Source: a virus (taxonomy: Duplodnaviria; Caudoviricetes). Taken from it: a stretch of 52,733 bases of DNA. Each line of letters starts with the position of its first letter. The first letter of the stretch is position 1. The notes below the pieces were generated by a model. It worked only from the letters and a program-made list of their open reading frames with translations, ran no database searches and was not told where the DNA came from. The position numbers and the translations under genes were made by a program. This document shows positions 1 to 8,647 of this stretch, in pieces. The stretch is from IMG/VR virus record IMGVR_UViG_3300010400_000010, positions 1-52,733 of that record; one strand, written 5' to 3'.

Positions 1-123
1 CGATGAAGGATGAAGCTGGAAACATCATCATGATCGAAGACCCTGAGGGAAAAGCTACCTTGAACGGTGACTTGGAAGAATTCTACGGAGCTGAAACGGT
101 TGTAGACTACGTTCGTTCCAAAG
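1..123. repeat. Terminal direct repeat, left copy (circular assembly overlap)
   Basis: 1-123 is identical to 52611-52733 and falls inside an ORF that reads through the junction. Confidence 0.97.
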
Positions 124-407
124 TTCAAGGTGAGCTTCAAAAGGTGCAAATAGACGAAACCGACTCCCTCTCGATGGATGAGAAACGAGCCAAACTCCTC
201 GCTTGGATTGCCAACGACTTCGGCGGTACTGGTGAACGTGGCGGCGCTGCAATCAAAAAGAAAATGAATAGTGTCCTTGAAATCGGCGCCGAACTTGCAG
301 AAGTCTGCAAGTTGCTCGCAACCCCCGGTAACACCATGGAAAAGACATTGGAACTTGTTGCAAAACAATCCGAGTTGCTTACCCGAATGATGTCCTTCAA
401 ACCCTGA
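3..407 (+). CDS. 3' part of junction-spanning hypothetical protein (full ORF 52403..52610 joined to 1..407, 204 aa)
   Basis: In frame with ATG 52403; GC-richer codon usage; own promoters upstream and terminator downstream. Confidence 0.85.
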   Translation: MKDEAGNIIMIEDPEGKATLNGDLEEFYGAETVVDYVRSKVQGELQKVQIDETDSLSMDEKRAKLLAWIANDFGGTGERGGAAIKKKMNSVLEIGAELAEVCKLLATPGNTMEKTLELVAKQSELLTRMMSFKP

Positions 408-433
408 TAGTTAAAGCTCGTTAAAGCTTCCAT

Positions 434-470
434 AAGCCCCTTAGGTTAACTCCTGAGGGGCTTTTAGTTT
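434..470 (+). terminator. Rho-independent terminator
   Basis: AAGCCCCTTAGG-ttaact-CCTGAGGGGCTT followed by TTAGTTT, just after stop 407. Confidence 0.85.
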
Positions 471-523
471 CCCTATCTTCTCTCCACCCTGATCTACTTA
501 GAAAAACGCCTTGGCGGCCTTAT

Positions 524-964
524 AAAGCTCTAGGAAACACCGGGGAGCTTTACGCTTTGCCTTTGATTTGATGGCTTTATCGCCTTTATTGCCGTCAAAG
601 GGGGGGGTACCTCGCGACCCCTGTCCGTTGCTACAAACTCAACTTCTACAAGCAAACTCAATTCCACTTATAAAGTGAGTCAATTCTACTTCTATAAGAG
701 AAATCGATTCTACTTATATAAGTAAATTATATTAATTATATATAAAAAAAAAAAATAAATAACTATAAGAGTACTAAGAAGATGGAGCTAGTAGGAACTA
801 GAAGGAACAAGAAAGTGAAGTTGTAGGAAAGTGAAGAATCAAGAAAGTGATTCACCATCATCGAGAGGGCGCGAGAGGTACCCCCTGCTTTAACGCCATC
901 AAAGGCAATAAAGCCCTCAAAGCACGTCAAACGTTAAAGCTCTAGTTGTACCATTAAGAGCTTA
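524..964. repeat. Imperfect ~100 bp inverted repeat (524-622 / 865-964) around tandem repeats and an AT-rich core; candidate origin or packaging site
   Basis: Left arm TTTGATGGCTTTATCGCCTTTATTGCCGTCAAAG..GGGGGTACCTC matches reverse complement of right arm TTTGAGGGCTTTATTGCCTTTGATGGCGTTAAAG..GGGGGTACCTC. Confidence 0.8.
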
Positions 965-1198
965 AACATCCTAGTTCACTATCTACTTTATCGTTCTCCT
1001 ACATATCCTCCTAATTATCAATCACATACAACGTTTACTATCACAACTAATCTCCATCAATCATATAATCACCATCCCCTACCACCTCGCAGTTGTGCGC
1101 GTGGTTTGGACTAATGTAATGTCACAAAATGTTCATTTTTGAAATCCTAAACCAATATCTATAAATAAAATAGAATAAGCTTATAGAAGCAAGATGGG

Positions 1199-1215
1199 TT
1201 GGCATGGTTTATGCT
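1199..1215 (+). promoter_or_regulatory. Sigma-54 (-24/-12) promoter of the packaging/head operon
   Basis: TTGGCATGGTTTATGCT, GG-N10-GC, intergenic, upstream of terS-like gene. Confidence 0.8.
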
Positions 1216-1375
1216 AGAGAGATGGAGAAGTTAGAGATGGAAAAAATACTAGATCAAAATATGAAAAACCTCGAAAACTACAGCACCACAGCGCAGAACA
1301 TTATCAAGAACAGTGGGTTGGTGAAAGTGTGGATCGCAAAAAACAAAAAGTAAGAGTCAAAAATCCTAAAACCAG

Positions 1376-1837
1376 ATGTCCCCCTCACAGTCAAACGAAA
1401 TTAAGTTCTTTCATTCACAAGGATATTCTTGTGAAGAAATTGCGCGTTCGACAAGAATGGAGTTGGGGGTGGTGAAATTTGTTTTAGGAAAGCTTCAGAA
1501 TGGAGAGAGTATTGATAGTGGGGATAATGAAGATGCAGTAAGGACGAAAAAAACCAAACACGATCTCCACGAATTAACAGACGAAGCAATCTCGTGTGTT
1601 AAGGAAGTGATGAGAAGTGCAGAAGTAAACTCGCCAGTGAAGCTGAAAGCAGCGTTGTGGTTGATTGAACATGCGATTATGTTGAAAGAACCGCCAAAAG
1701 ATGGAATGGTGGTGAACAACAATCTTCAGATCAACCAGAGTATAACACAATCGTTGTCGATGAGTGAGAAAGCAAAACAAGAAGCTCTTGGACAAGCAAA
1801 GAAGATATTAGAAGTGGTGAGTGAAACGGCAAGTTAG
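1376..1837 (+). CDS. Putative terminase small subunit
   Basis: N-terminal HTH-like segment (GYSCEEIARSTRM), helical body, position upstream of terL. Confidence 0.55.
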   Translation: MSPSQSNEIKFFHSQGYSCEEIARSTRMELGVVKFVLGKLQNGESIDSGDNEDAVRTKKTKHDLHELTDEAISCVKEVMRSAEVNSPVKLKAALWLIEHAIMLKEPPKDGMVVNNNLQINQSITQSLSMSEKAKQEALGQAKKILEVVSETAS

Positions 1838-1995
1838 AATAACTCAAACGGCATCGGCCTAGATGCCGATAGCATTCTCATTTTTAAAACCATTTCTACT
1901 TCTTCTATAACCAAACAAACGGCGGAGCGAAGCGGAGCCGGTGAACAAAACTGCTAAAGATTCTCAAAACTTGATATTAAAAACCAACAACCTCT

Positions 1996-2193
1996 ATGTT
2001 TGAACCTTTTCATCCAATGTATAAAGACTTTGCAGCTTGGGAAAAAATGCAAAAACAAGGGTTGATTGGAAAAGATGGCCGTTGTTTGATGGGAAACAAG
2101 CCAGAACTTAGATTGGGAATGTTGTGTGATAATGTGGATGAGGAAGTGAGAAAGAGATTTGAACAAGAACATTTGATGTTGAAGGAAAAATGA
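1996..2193 (+). CDS. Hypothetical protein
   Basis: 65 aa ORF in operon orientation with A-rich leader. Confidence 0.55.
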   Translation: MFEPFHPMYKDFAAWEKMQKQGLIGKDGRCLMGNKPELRLGMLCDNVDEEVRKRFEQEHLMLKEK

Positions 2194-2291
2194 AAACAAG
2201 CATGAATGACGAGAGCAGAAAATTTTACGATTGTGTGTTGATATTAGAGTTGATTTTAGTTGGATTGTTGATTGTTGGGTGGTATAAATAA
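2190..2291 (+). CDS. Small membrane peptide (33 aa, below ORF track cutoff)
   Basis: ATGA overlap with previous stop; MKTSMNDESRKFYDCVLILELILVGLLIVGWYK. Confidence 0.4.
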   Translation: MKTSMNDESRKFYDCVLILELILVGLLIVGWYK

Positions 2292-2301
2292 AATTTTTCT
2301 A

Positions 2302-4146
2302 ATGCCTACACAAGCAGATATTGATAAGATGATAGAGGAGATAAGGAAATCTGCTGGTGGAAATGTTGTAGCTGGTGGTCAATTCAACGGCCCCTCAGGA
2401 TCACAACCAAATCCCGCTTCTACTACCGAACCCCCGGCCCCGGCGATCCAGAATCAACAAAGTGATCTTCCTACAACATCACCCAGCAACAACGAGTTTA
2501 AAGGTTTCTCCTCAGTTGATGCCGTTGAAGAATCTTGTGTATTGTTTAATGATCCAGTAGACATGCTCTACACAATAGATGATGAACTTCTAGGAGGAAA
2601 ATATAAACTCCATCCATGGCAAGTCCGAATCATGTTGGATTTTGCAAAAGAATCCAATTCAGACAATCCTTTTCGAGGAGTATTAAGAGCTGCAAACGGA
2701 AGTGGTAAGGATCAAAAAATCCTAGCTCCCTGTGCTTTGTGGATGTTGTTAAGGTATCCTGAAGCTCTAACGATTCTCACTTCTAGTTCTGGATTTCAAT
2801 TAGATACTAGAACCGATGCTCCATTAAAAAGACTAGCCAACTGCGCTAATCGAAAGTTGTTTGGAAATGAACCAATTCTGAAAATCAACTACCGGCATTA
2901 CACAAACTTGCGAAATGGTTCTATAACTGAGTTGTTCGCAACCGACGAACCGGGAAAGGCCGAAGGAGCACATCCAATTTCTCCAGGTCGCCACTTTTTT
3001 ATTGGAGTCTCAGAAGCAAAAACCGTAGAGGAAAAAATTTTCCAAGCCCTTCACAGGTGTAATGGATTTACAAAACGTCTAGATGTCTCCTCACCGGGAA
3101 TGGAAACCGGCTCCTTCTACAACCACTGCACCCGAGATGATGATACTTGGACCCAATATCATGTAACAGCTTTTGATTGTCCACATTTGAGTGCAGGATA
3201 TATTAAGGAGACTGAAAAAGAATACGGATTAAATTCCACATTCTACAACTCCATGATTCTTGCTGAGTTTGGAGGAACCTCAGAAGACCTGATAGTGATG
3301 GGATATCTTCCGTTGAACAGATTATACAAGTCTATTTCAAAAGGTGAAGTTAAATATGTTGCCGAAGAATTCAATACAGGAGGTTTAGACTTATCGATGG
3401 GTGGTGATGAACAAGTTTTAATCATCAGAAACGGTAACAAAGTTCTAGGAATCGAAACCTTTCACATAACTGATGCAAATGAAATCGAATCTCATCTCCA
3501 TAACTTGTTTGAAAAATGGCACCTCAACGACGAAAGAAGTGTTGTCTATGCCGATGCAGGTGGAAGTGGGGCACCAATCATTAATCATCTTCGACGTGCC
3601 GGTTATGAAAATGTGCGATATGTCACCAACCAATCCACACCAAGAAACAAATTTGCCTATAACAACATTGGAACAGAGGGTTGGTTTCATTTAAAAAGAT
3701 TGATTGAGTTAGAGATTCCCATCCTTCCAGACAATGATTTGTTGAAATCCCAACTTGCTACAAGATATTACAAGATAGACCAAAAGAATCGTTATTGTTT
3801 GGAATTGAAAAAAGAAGCAAAAGCCAAAGGACATAAAAGTCCAGACAGGGGAGATGCACTAGTTCTTGCGTTTTCCACCTACAATCTTGCTCTGACACTT
3901 GATGGAAGTTTCAAAGACAGTGTTGTAATTACTAGACAATCTCTAGATGACCTTCTTTCCACTGATGATGGAAAATTCCGTTATATGTCCGACATGATCA
4001 AAGATAAACGAAAAGGATCAGACATCATGGGAGGACATAGAAATCAGAGTTCAATTTCCAAAATGCTCCCTTCACAACGGATGCACTTAGAGTTTTTGTT
4101 GAGTGATATCCGAAACCGTCCTAAAAAGTTAGAAACCAAAAGTTAA
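2302..4146 (+). CDS. terL: Terminase large subunit
   Basis: LHPWQ adenine-binding motif, Walker A AANGSGK, RNase H-like GLDLSMGGDE, ADAGGSG and SPDRGDAL; start moved to ATG 2302. Confidence 0.93.
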   Translation: MPTQADIDKMIEEIRKSAGGNVVAGGQFNGPSGSQPNPASTTEPPAPAIQNQQSDLPTTSPSNNEFKGFSSVDAVEESCVLFNDPVDMLYTIDDELLGGKYKLHPWQVRIMLDFAKESNSDNPFRGVLRAANGSGKDQKILAPCALWMLLRYPEALTILTSSSGFQLDTRTDAPLKRLANCANRKLFGNEPILKINYRHYTNLRNGSITELFATDEPGKAEGAHPISPGRHFFIGVSEAKTVEEKIFQALHRCNGFTKRLDVSSPGMETGSFYNHCTRDDDTWTQYHVTAFDCPHLSAGYIKETEKEYGLNSTFYNSMILAEFGGTSEDLIVMGYLPLNRLYKSISKGEVKYVAEEFNTGGLDLSMGGDEQVLIIRNGNKVLGIETFHITDANEIESHLHNLFEKWHLNDERSVVYADAGGSGAPIINHLRRAGYENVRYVTNQSTPRNKFAYNNIGTEGWFHLKRLIELEIPILPDNDLLKSQLATRYYKIDQKNRYCLELKKEAKAKGHKSPDRGDALVLAFSTYNLALTLDGSFKDSVVITRQSLDDLLSTDDGKFRYMSDMIKDKRKGSDIMGGHRNQSSISKMLPSQRMHLEFLLSDIRNRPKKLETKS

Positions 4147-4153
4147 CAACCAT

Positions 4154-4456
4154 ATGTCCACACTTCCTACAAAACAGTTTATGTCTCTTAGTTCAAAGAA
4201 ATCCGGCCCTCCGTCAGGAGGGCCATTGGACAAAACTACAACTCCATCAAGTTCCTCCACTAACCAAATGGACGCAAAACTTGAGGAGTGTATGGCCTAC
4301 ATCCAAGAAAACCTTGATCCATCCCAAATCCCACAACTCATTCAGATGTTGAGCAGCGAAGGAGAAGAACCAATGGATGAAGAAACTGGCGATGAAGAGG
4401 ACAGTGGCGGCCCTCCAAAAAAGTTGAAAAAATTCTCCACAGAAGGAATGGAATAG
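4154..4456 (+). CDS. Hypothetical acidic low-complexity protein
   Basis: ORF between terL and portal; its C-terminus KFSTEGME resembles the EFSMEGIN ending of the scaffold-like protein. Confidence 0.7.
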   Translation: MSTLPTKQFMSLSSKKSGPPSGGPLDKTTTPSSSSTNQMDAKLEECMAYIQENLDPSQIPQLIQMLSSEGEEPMDEETGDEEDSGGPPKKLKKFSTEGME

Positions 4457-4490
4457 TTCTCACCAAAGTTCATCGGCCCTCCTCAAACAT

Positions 4491-6359
4491 ATGCCACGCA
4501 ATCCCACTTACACAACCGGAGAACCTCTACGGACACAACTGAAATCTGTCCCTACAGCAGAATCAATTTCTCCTGTTGTCGAGAAGGCCGACGAACAAAA
4601 CCAACAAGGTCAACTACAAGCAGTGTTGGATATGTTGGTAGACTACGAAGATTATGATGATGCAAAAGAACAGTTGTTGAAGTTGGAACAAATGTCTGAA
4701 AGCTTGGAACAAGAAGCCAACATCAATCGTGATTTACGCTACACAAACATAGATGTGGTTGCAGAAAAACAATCTGGTAAACTAGCTCCAGATGAAATCT
4801 ACACACCAATACATTTAATCGACACCAACATTCGCAGGGAACAAGCAAAGATTGTAGCATATATAACTTCTTCTCGAAGGGCTTACATTCTTAGGTGCGT
4901 TGAAAAACCAGACCTAAGTGTTGATCTGATGGAACAAGACTTCACAACACGTTGTAGATATGATGGGTGGAAAAAATCCTTCTTCCGTGTTATTGACGGA
5001 ATGCAGTTACACAAGCATGGAATCTTCGAGGTAATGTTCGATGATTCTAAACCCGGCGATTTTATCGTAGAAGACATTCCTTATGAAGATTTCCCAATGT
5101 ATACAGACACCCGAGATATTCAAGCTTCTGAAATGCTCATGCGACGAGTGCCGTTCACTAAGACGCAGCTTGCTTATCTTGTTGTTAAACGAGGATTTGA
5201 TTCGGCACAAATCCAAAAAGTCATTTCTTCGTTTGAACAGAAAAAAGATGTTTCAACAGTTAAGATCGAAAAAGTCTTCTTCCGCAAAGACGGCGTAGTT
5301 TATGTGGGATGGAGTTGTGTAAAATATGCAGATGGTTGGTTGAGAGAACCAAGAAAGTTATTTTTAGGAAAAAAATCAAAAGTTGGAGATCAATTTGTAG
5401 ACACTTATGAATCAAAATACCCTTTTGCAATTGCTCCCTATAACATATCAGAGGACACGTGTTTGTCTGATGGCAGAGGACGCGCTGCACTTGATCAATG
5501 GGACCAAGACGCAATGTCAAGTTTGCAATCTTCCTTTATTACAGCACACCGCAGAGCAAGTGGATTTTACTGGGCTAACGACACAGATGACCCCAACTCA
5601 ACTGGAAAAGTCACAAACTTAACTTTACGTCAAGGCCAAGTCATAGACAAGAAAATGCAGTCCTTTCAACTGTCTCCTCCAGACAGTAGCATGTTAACTG
5701 CAACTCAGAGTGTAAGCCAATTCAACTCTCAACAACAATCTTCTATCGACTTCACGGCAATGAACCGTGAAGATAGTAAGAAAACCGCAACAGAAATTCA
5801 AGCCGCACAAGCAGAAGGAGCAATGTTATCTACAACTCAAGTTAGTGTGTTTGCAGATGCAATGCAACAAGTAGGGCAGATGTGTTTTGAAATATATGTT
5901 TCTAGAGTAGTTGCAGGTTATATCAAACCTCCAGTTCCTCTTGGAATGTACGTGATGTATACATATCAAGTAAAACCCGCAGGAGATGTAGATGTTATTG
6001 AACGTCAAGAAACCCTCACTCGTATGCTACAACTTTGGCCCATCGTTTCTCAAACAGCCATCTCAGTTCCATACCTCCAAAAACTCCTAATGTTGGCGTT
6101 CCCCAACGATGCAGTACAATGGGTTCAGCTTATACAAGAAGATCAAGTTAAGAACCAGCTCCTCATGTCATTAAGCACAGTTCTAAAATCTGCAATCACC
6201 GATCCTCAAACTGGCCATCTAGAACCCCAGTTCGAGCACGATGGAGGAAGGATAGTTCAGTTGTTCAACCAAGTTCAACAAGTTCTACAAGGTGGACAAG
6301 AACAACAAGGACAAAAAGCTCCACAAGGAACTCGCACTCAACAACAACTCTCAGCTTAA
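4491..6359 (+). CDS. Portal protein
   Basis: 622 aa after terL; KTATE motif typical of podovirus portals; Q-rich tail. Confidence 0.82.
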   Translation: MPRNPTYTTGEPLRTQLKSVPTAESISPVVEKADEQNQQGQLQAVLDMLVDYEDYDDAKEQLLKLEQMSESLEQEANINRDLRYTNIDVVAEKQSGKLAPDEIYTPIHLIDTNIRREQAKIVAYITSSRRAYILRCVEKPDLSVDLMEQDFTTRCRYDGWKKSFFRVIDGMQLHKHGIFEVMFDDSKPGDFIVEDIPYEDFPMYTDTRDIQASEMLMRRVPFTKTQLAYLVVKRGFDSAQIQKVISSFEQKKDVSTVKIEKVFFRKDGVVYVGWSCVKYADGWLREPRKLFLGKKSKVGDQFVDTYESKYPFAIAPYNISEDTCLSDGRGRAALDQWDQDAMSSLQSSFITAHRRASGFYWANDTDDPNSTGKVTNLTLRQGQVIDKKMQSFQLSPPDSSMLTATQSVSQFNSQQQSSIDFTAMNREDSKKTATEIQAAQAEGAMLSTTQVSVFADAMQQVGQMCFEIYVSRVVAGYIKPPVPLGMYVMYTYQVKPAGDVDVIERQETLTRMLQLWPIVSQTAISVPYLQKLLMLAFPNDAVQWVQLIQEDQVKNQLLMSLSTVLKSAITDPQTGHLEPQFEHDGGRIVQLFNQVQQVLQGGQEQQGQKAPQGTRTQQQLSA

Positions 6360-6362
6360 CAT

Positions 6363-6854
6363 ATGAAAAAATTCTTGGTATTTGATGTAGAATCTAATGG
6401 TCTAAATGGTTCACCTTTTGCGATTGGTTATGTAATTGTTGATGAACTTTTAAATGAGCTAGATTTTGGATGGTGTACTTGTAATGTTGATGAAAAAGAA
6501 GCAGGAGAAAGTTTAAAGTGGCTAAAAGAAAATATTCCTCATGAAGTTCTATATGGTGGTGGTTGTAGTCAAGAGTCAATGTTGAGATGGTTTTTTGGTG
6601 TGGTAGAAGCAAACAAAGATGCAATACTTGTTTGTGATTGTGGTTATCCAGTAGAAACAAATATGTTAAAACTGGCTGGTATTCCAGTCTATCCACTTCA
6701 TGAAGTAGCTACAGCACTTATGCTCTGTGAAAAAGATCCAATTGGAATTTTTGATAGATTACCAAATGAGCTTCCAAAACATCATCCTTTAAATGATGCT
6801 AGACAATCGGCTAGAGTTTGGATTAGTTGTTTAGATCAAATTCAAAATAAGTAA
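6363..6854 (+). CDS. DEDDh 3'-5' exonuclease (Rv2179c-like)
   Basis: FDVESNG ExoI motif and HHPLNDA ExoIII motif. Confidence 0.75.
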   Translation: MKKFLVFDVESNGLNGSPFAIGYVIVDELLNELDFGWCTCNVDEKEAGESLKWLKENIPHEVLYGGGCSQESMLRWFFGVVEANKDAILVCDCGYPVETNMLKLAGIPVYPLHEVATALMLCEKDPIGIFDRLPNELPKHHPLNDARQSARVWISCLDQIQNK

Positions 6855-6860
6855 CATCTT

Positions 6861-7166
6861 ATGCCCCGACCACTATCAAACTATCGTCCACAATACTTAG
6901 GTCCAAAAGACACTCCACCAACAGCAAGTGAAGGAGAACTCTTCAACACTGCTGTAAATTTTCTCCAAACAGATTATTCAAAAAAACTCTTAGTAATTCT
7001 CAACAAACGTCGAGAAGAACTAATGTCTAAAGTTTGTTCCCAATCTGTTTCAATGGAGAAAACAGAGCTAGACGTTAAAATCCTCGGTGCCCAACTGCAA
7101 CAACTCAACAACATACTAGATATCATATATGATCCGAAACAATTCGTGGAAAAATATTCAGCTTAA
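6861..7166 (+). CDS. Hypothetical head-module protein
   Basis: Small helical ORF between portal and scaffold. Confidence 0.65.
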   Translation: MPRPLSNYRPQYLGPKDTPPTASEGELFNTAVNFLQTDYSKKLLVILNKRREELMSKVCSQSVSMEKTELDVKILGAQLQQLNNILDIIYDPKQFVEKYSA

Positions 7167-8430
7167 CTCTGAATCTGATGGTGGAGGAGGAGCTTCTACA
7201 CCTACGGCCCCAACCACAAGTAGTCCTTCAAATCCTACTACAAGTGGATCACCCAGTAGTTCAGCACCTGCCGCAAGCAAACCAGCGCCAAGTAGTGCTC
7301 CTTCTTCACCAACTACAGATCAACAAAAAATACAAAGTGCCCTAGAACGAATTAAGGCCGCAAGTCCTGAAATTCCCAAAGGCACTCCTAAAGCTCCGGG
7401 TCAAACTGGACAAGCAGTAAAACCACTTATTAGTCACAAACCCAGTGAAGAACTATTGACTGGTGAATTTGGTGGTGAAGTAGATGAGAGTGGTTTTACA
7501 GAAGAACCAACACCAGTTGTTAAAAAGCCGGAGAATAAAGATGTGGTTGCGAAGCAACCGGAGAACAAACAGGTACAAGCTGAAGTAAAACCTGTTGAAA
7601 ACGGTGTCGATAAGGAAGACGAACCCTTCTTAAAAAAGATGTCCAAAGAAGCTTCGGCCCATTTCTTGTCGAAGCAAGCGAAGTTAAAAAGTGAGCTTGA
7701 AGTTCTGAAGCAAAAGGTCGAAGCTTCTAAACGGCCTTATCCAGAAAACTATCTCGAACATCCAGAAGCTTACAGCCTTCTTCCTGAATACGGAGAAAAT
7801 GTCCAAAAGCTAAATCAAGCAGATATGGAATATCGTCACTGGTATAATCAGCTTGTGAGAATCGAAGAAGGAAAAGACTGGCAAGATATAAAAGGTTTGG
7901 ATGAGAATGGAAATCTGGTGTTGTCTGATCCAAACAAAGCTTCGACACGGGACAAAATTGCCGTTCAAGCTCAGCTACAAAAATTAGTTGGTTTAAAAAA
8001 TCAGTTCAAAGGAGATGTTGAAAAACTCCAATCCACTTTCAATGCTGAACGTGAAAAACAAAACGGCCTCGTTGTCGGTGAAGTAAATCGCATGTTTGAA
8101 TGGGAAACCAAACCAGAATTGTTGAAAGCTGAACTCGATTTTGGTGGAACAATTGGAAAACGAAACGTTGAACAGCTTCGGAACGAGTTTGTTCAGATGA
8201 TGCCGCCAGTGTTTAGAAACAATCTTGTTACTACAAAAGTTGCAGCTAACATGTATGCGGCGATCCAACTTTATGCGTTTGAGCTAAACAAATTAAAGAG
8301 CGAAAACGCAAAACTCAAACAGGCCGGTTCCGACAACCTACGCGCTGAACCTTCTAGTGATATTCTTGCTGGAAAATCCGATAAGAGTGTTGGAAAAATT
8401 ACAGAATTCTCAATGGAAGGAATTAACTAA
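7129..8430 (+). CDS. Putative capsid scaffolding protein
   Basis: Disordered P/S/T-rich N-terminus, coiled coils, directly upstream of capsid gene. Confidence 0.65.
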   Translation: MIRNNSWKNIQLNSESDGGGGASTPTAPTTSSPSNPTTSGSPSSSAPAASKPAPSSAPSSPTTDQQKIQSALERIKAASPEIPKGTPKAPGQTGQAVKPLISHKPSEELLTGEFGGEVDESGFTEEPTPVVKKPENKDVVAKQPENKQVQAEVKPVENGVDKEDEPFLKKMSKEASAHFLSKQAKLKSELEVLKQKVEASKRPYPENYLEHPEAYSLLPEYGENVQKLNQADMEYRHWYNQLVRIEEGKDWQDIKGLDENGNLVLSDPNKASTRDKIAVQAQLQKLVGLKNQFKGDVEKLQSTFNAEREKQNGLVVGEVNRMFEWETKPELLKAELDFGGTIGKRNVEQLRNEFVQMMPPVFRNNLVTTKVAANMYAAIQLYAFELNKLKSENAKLKQAGSDNLRAEPSSDILAGKSDKSVGKITEFSMEGIN

Positions 8431-8483
8431 ACAGATGATCTGGTTGTTACAGCATAATGTGTTGCTTCTATAACCAAAATTGG

Positions 8484-8500
8484 TTGGCACGCTTTATGCT
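8484..8500 (+). promoter_or_regulatory. Sigma-54 promoter of the major capsid gene
   Basis: TTGGCACGCTTTATGCT, near consensus, intergenic. Confidence 0.88.
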
Positions 8501-8647
8501 GTAACATCTTCCAGTTCCTACTACCTACAGTTGCTACTTCTTTCTCAAGGGCATGAGAGGCTACTAGAAGCTAAGGGCATAGCAAACACAAGAATCAAGT
8601 GTAAGTTTGATTCAAAATTGTTTGCTTAGTTTTAACCAAAACTCCTT

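Noticed and set aside
1-123. Biological terminal repeat
   Set aside because: It lies mid-gene and has assembler-overlap length; better explained as a circularisation artefact
656-724. Mini CRISPR array (AATTCTACT resembles a Cas12a repeat end)
   Set aside because: Units are contiguous with no spacers, and no Cas effector is present
1902-1935. Sigma-54 promoter after the CTTCTATAACC box
   Set aside because: GG to GC spacing is 9 and flanks do not match; box noted, promoter not called
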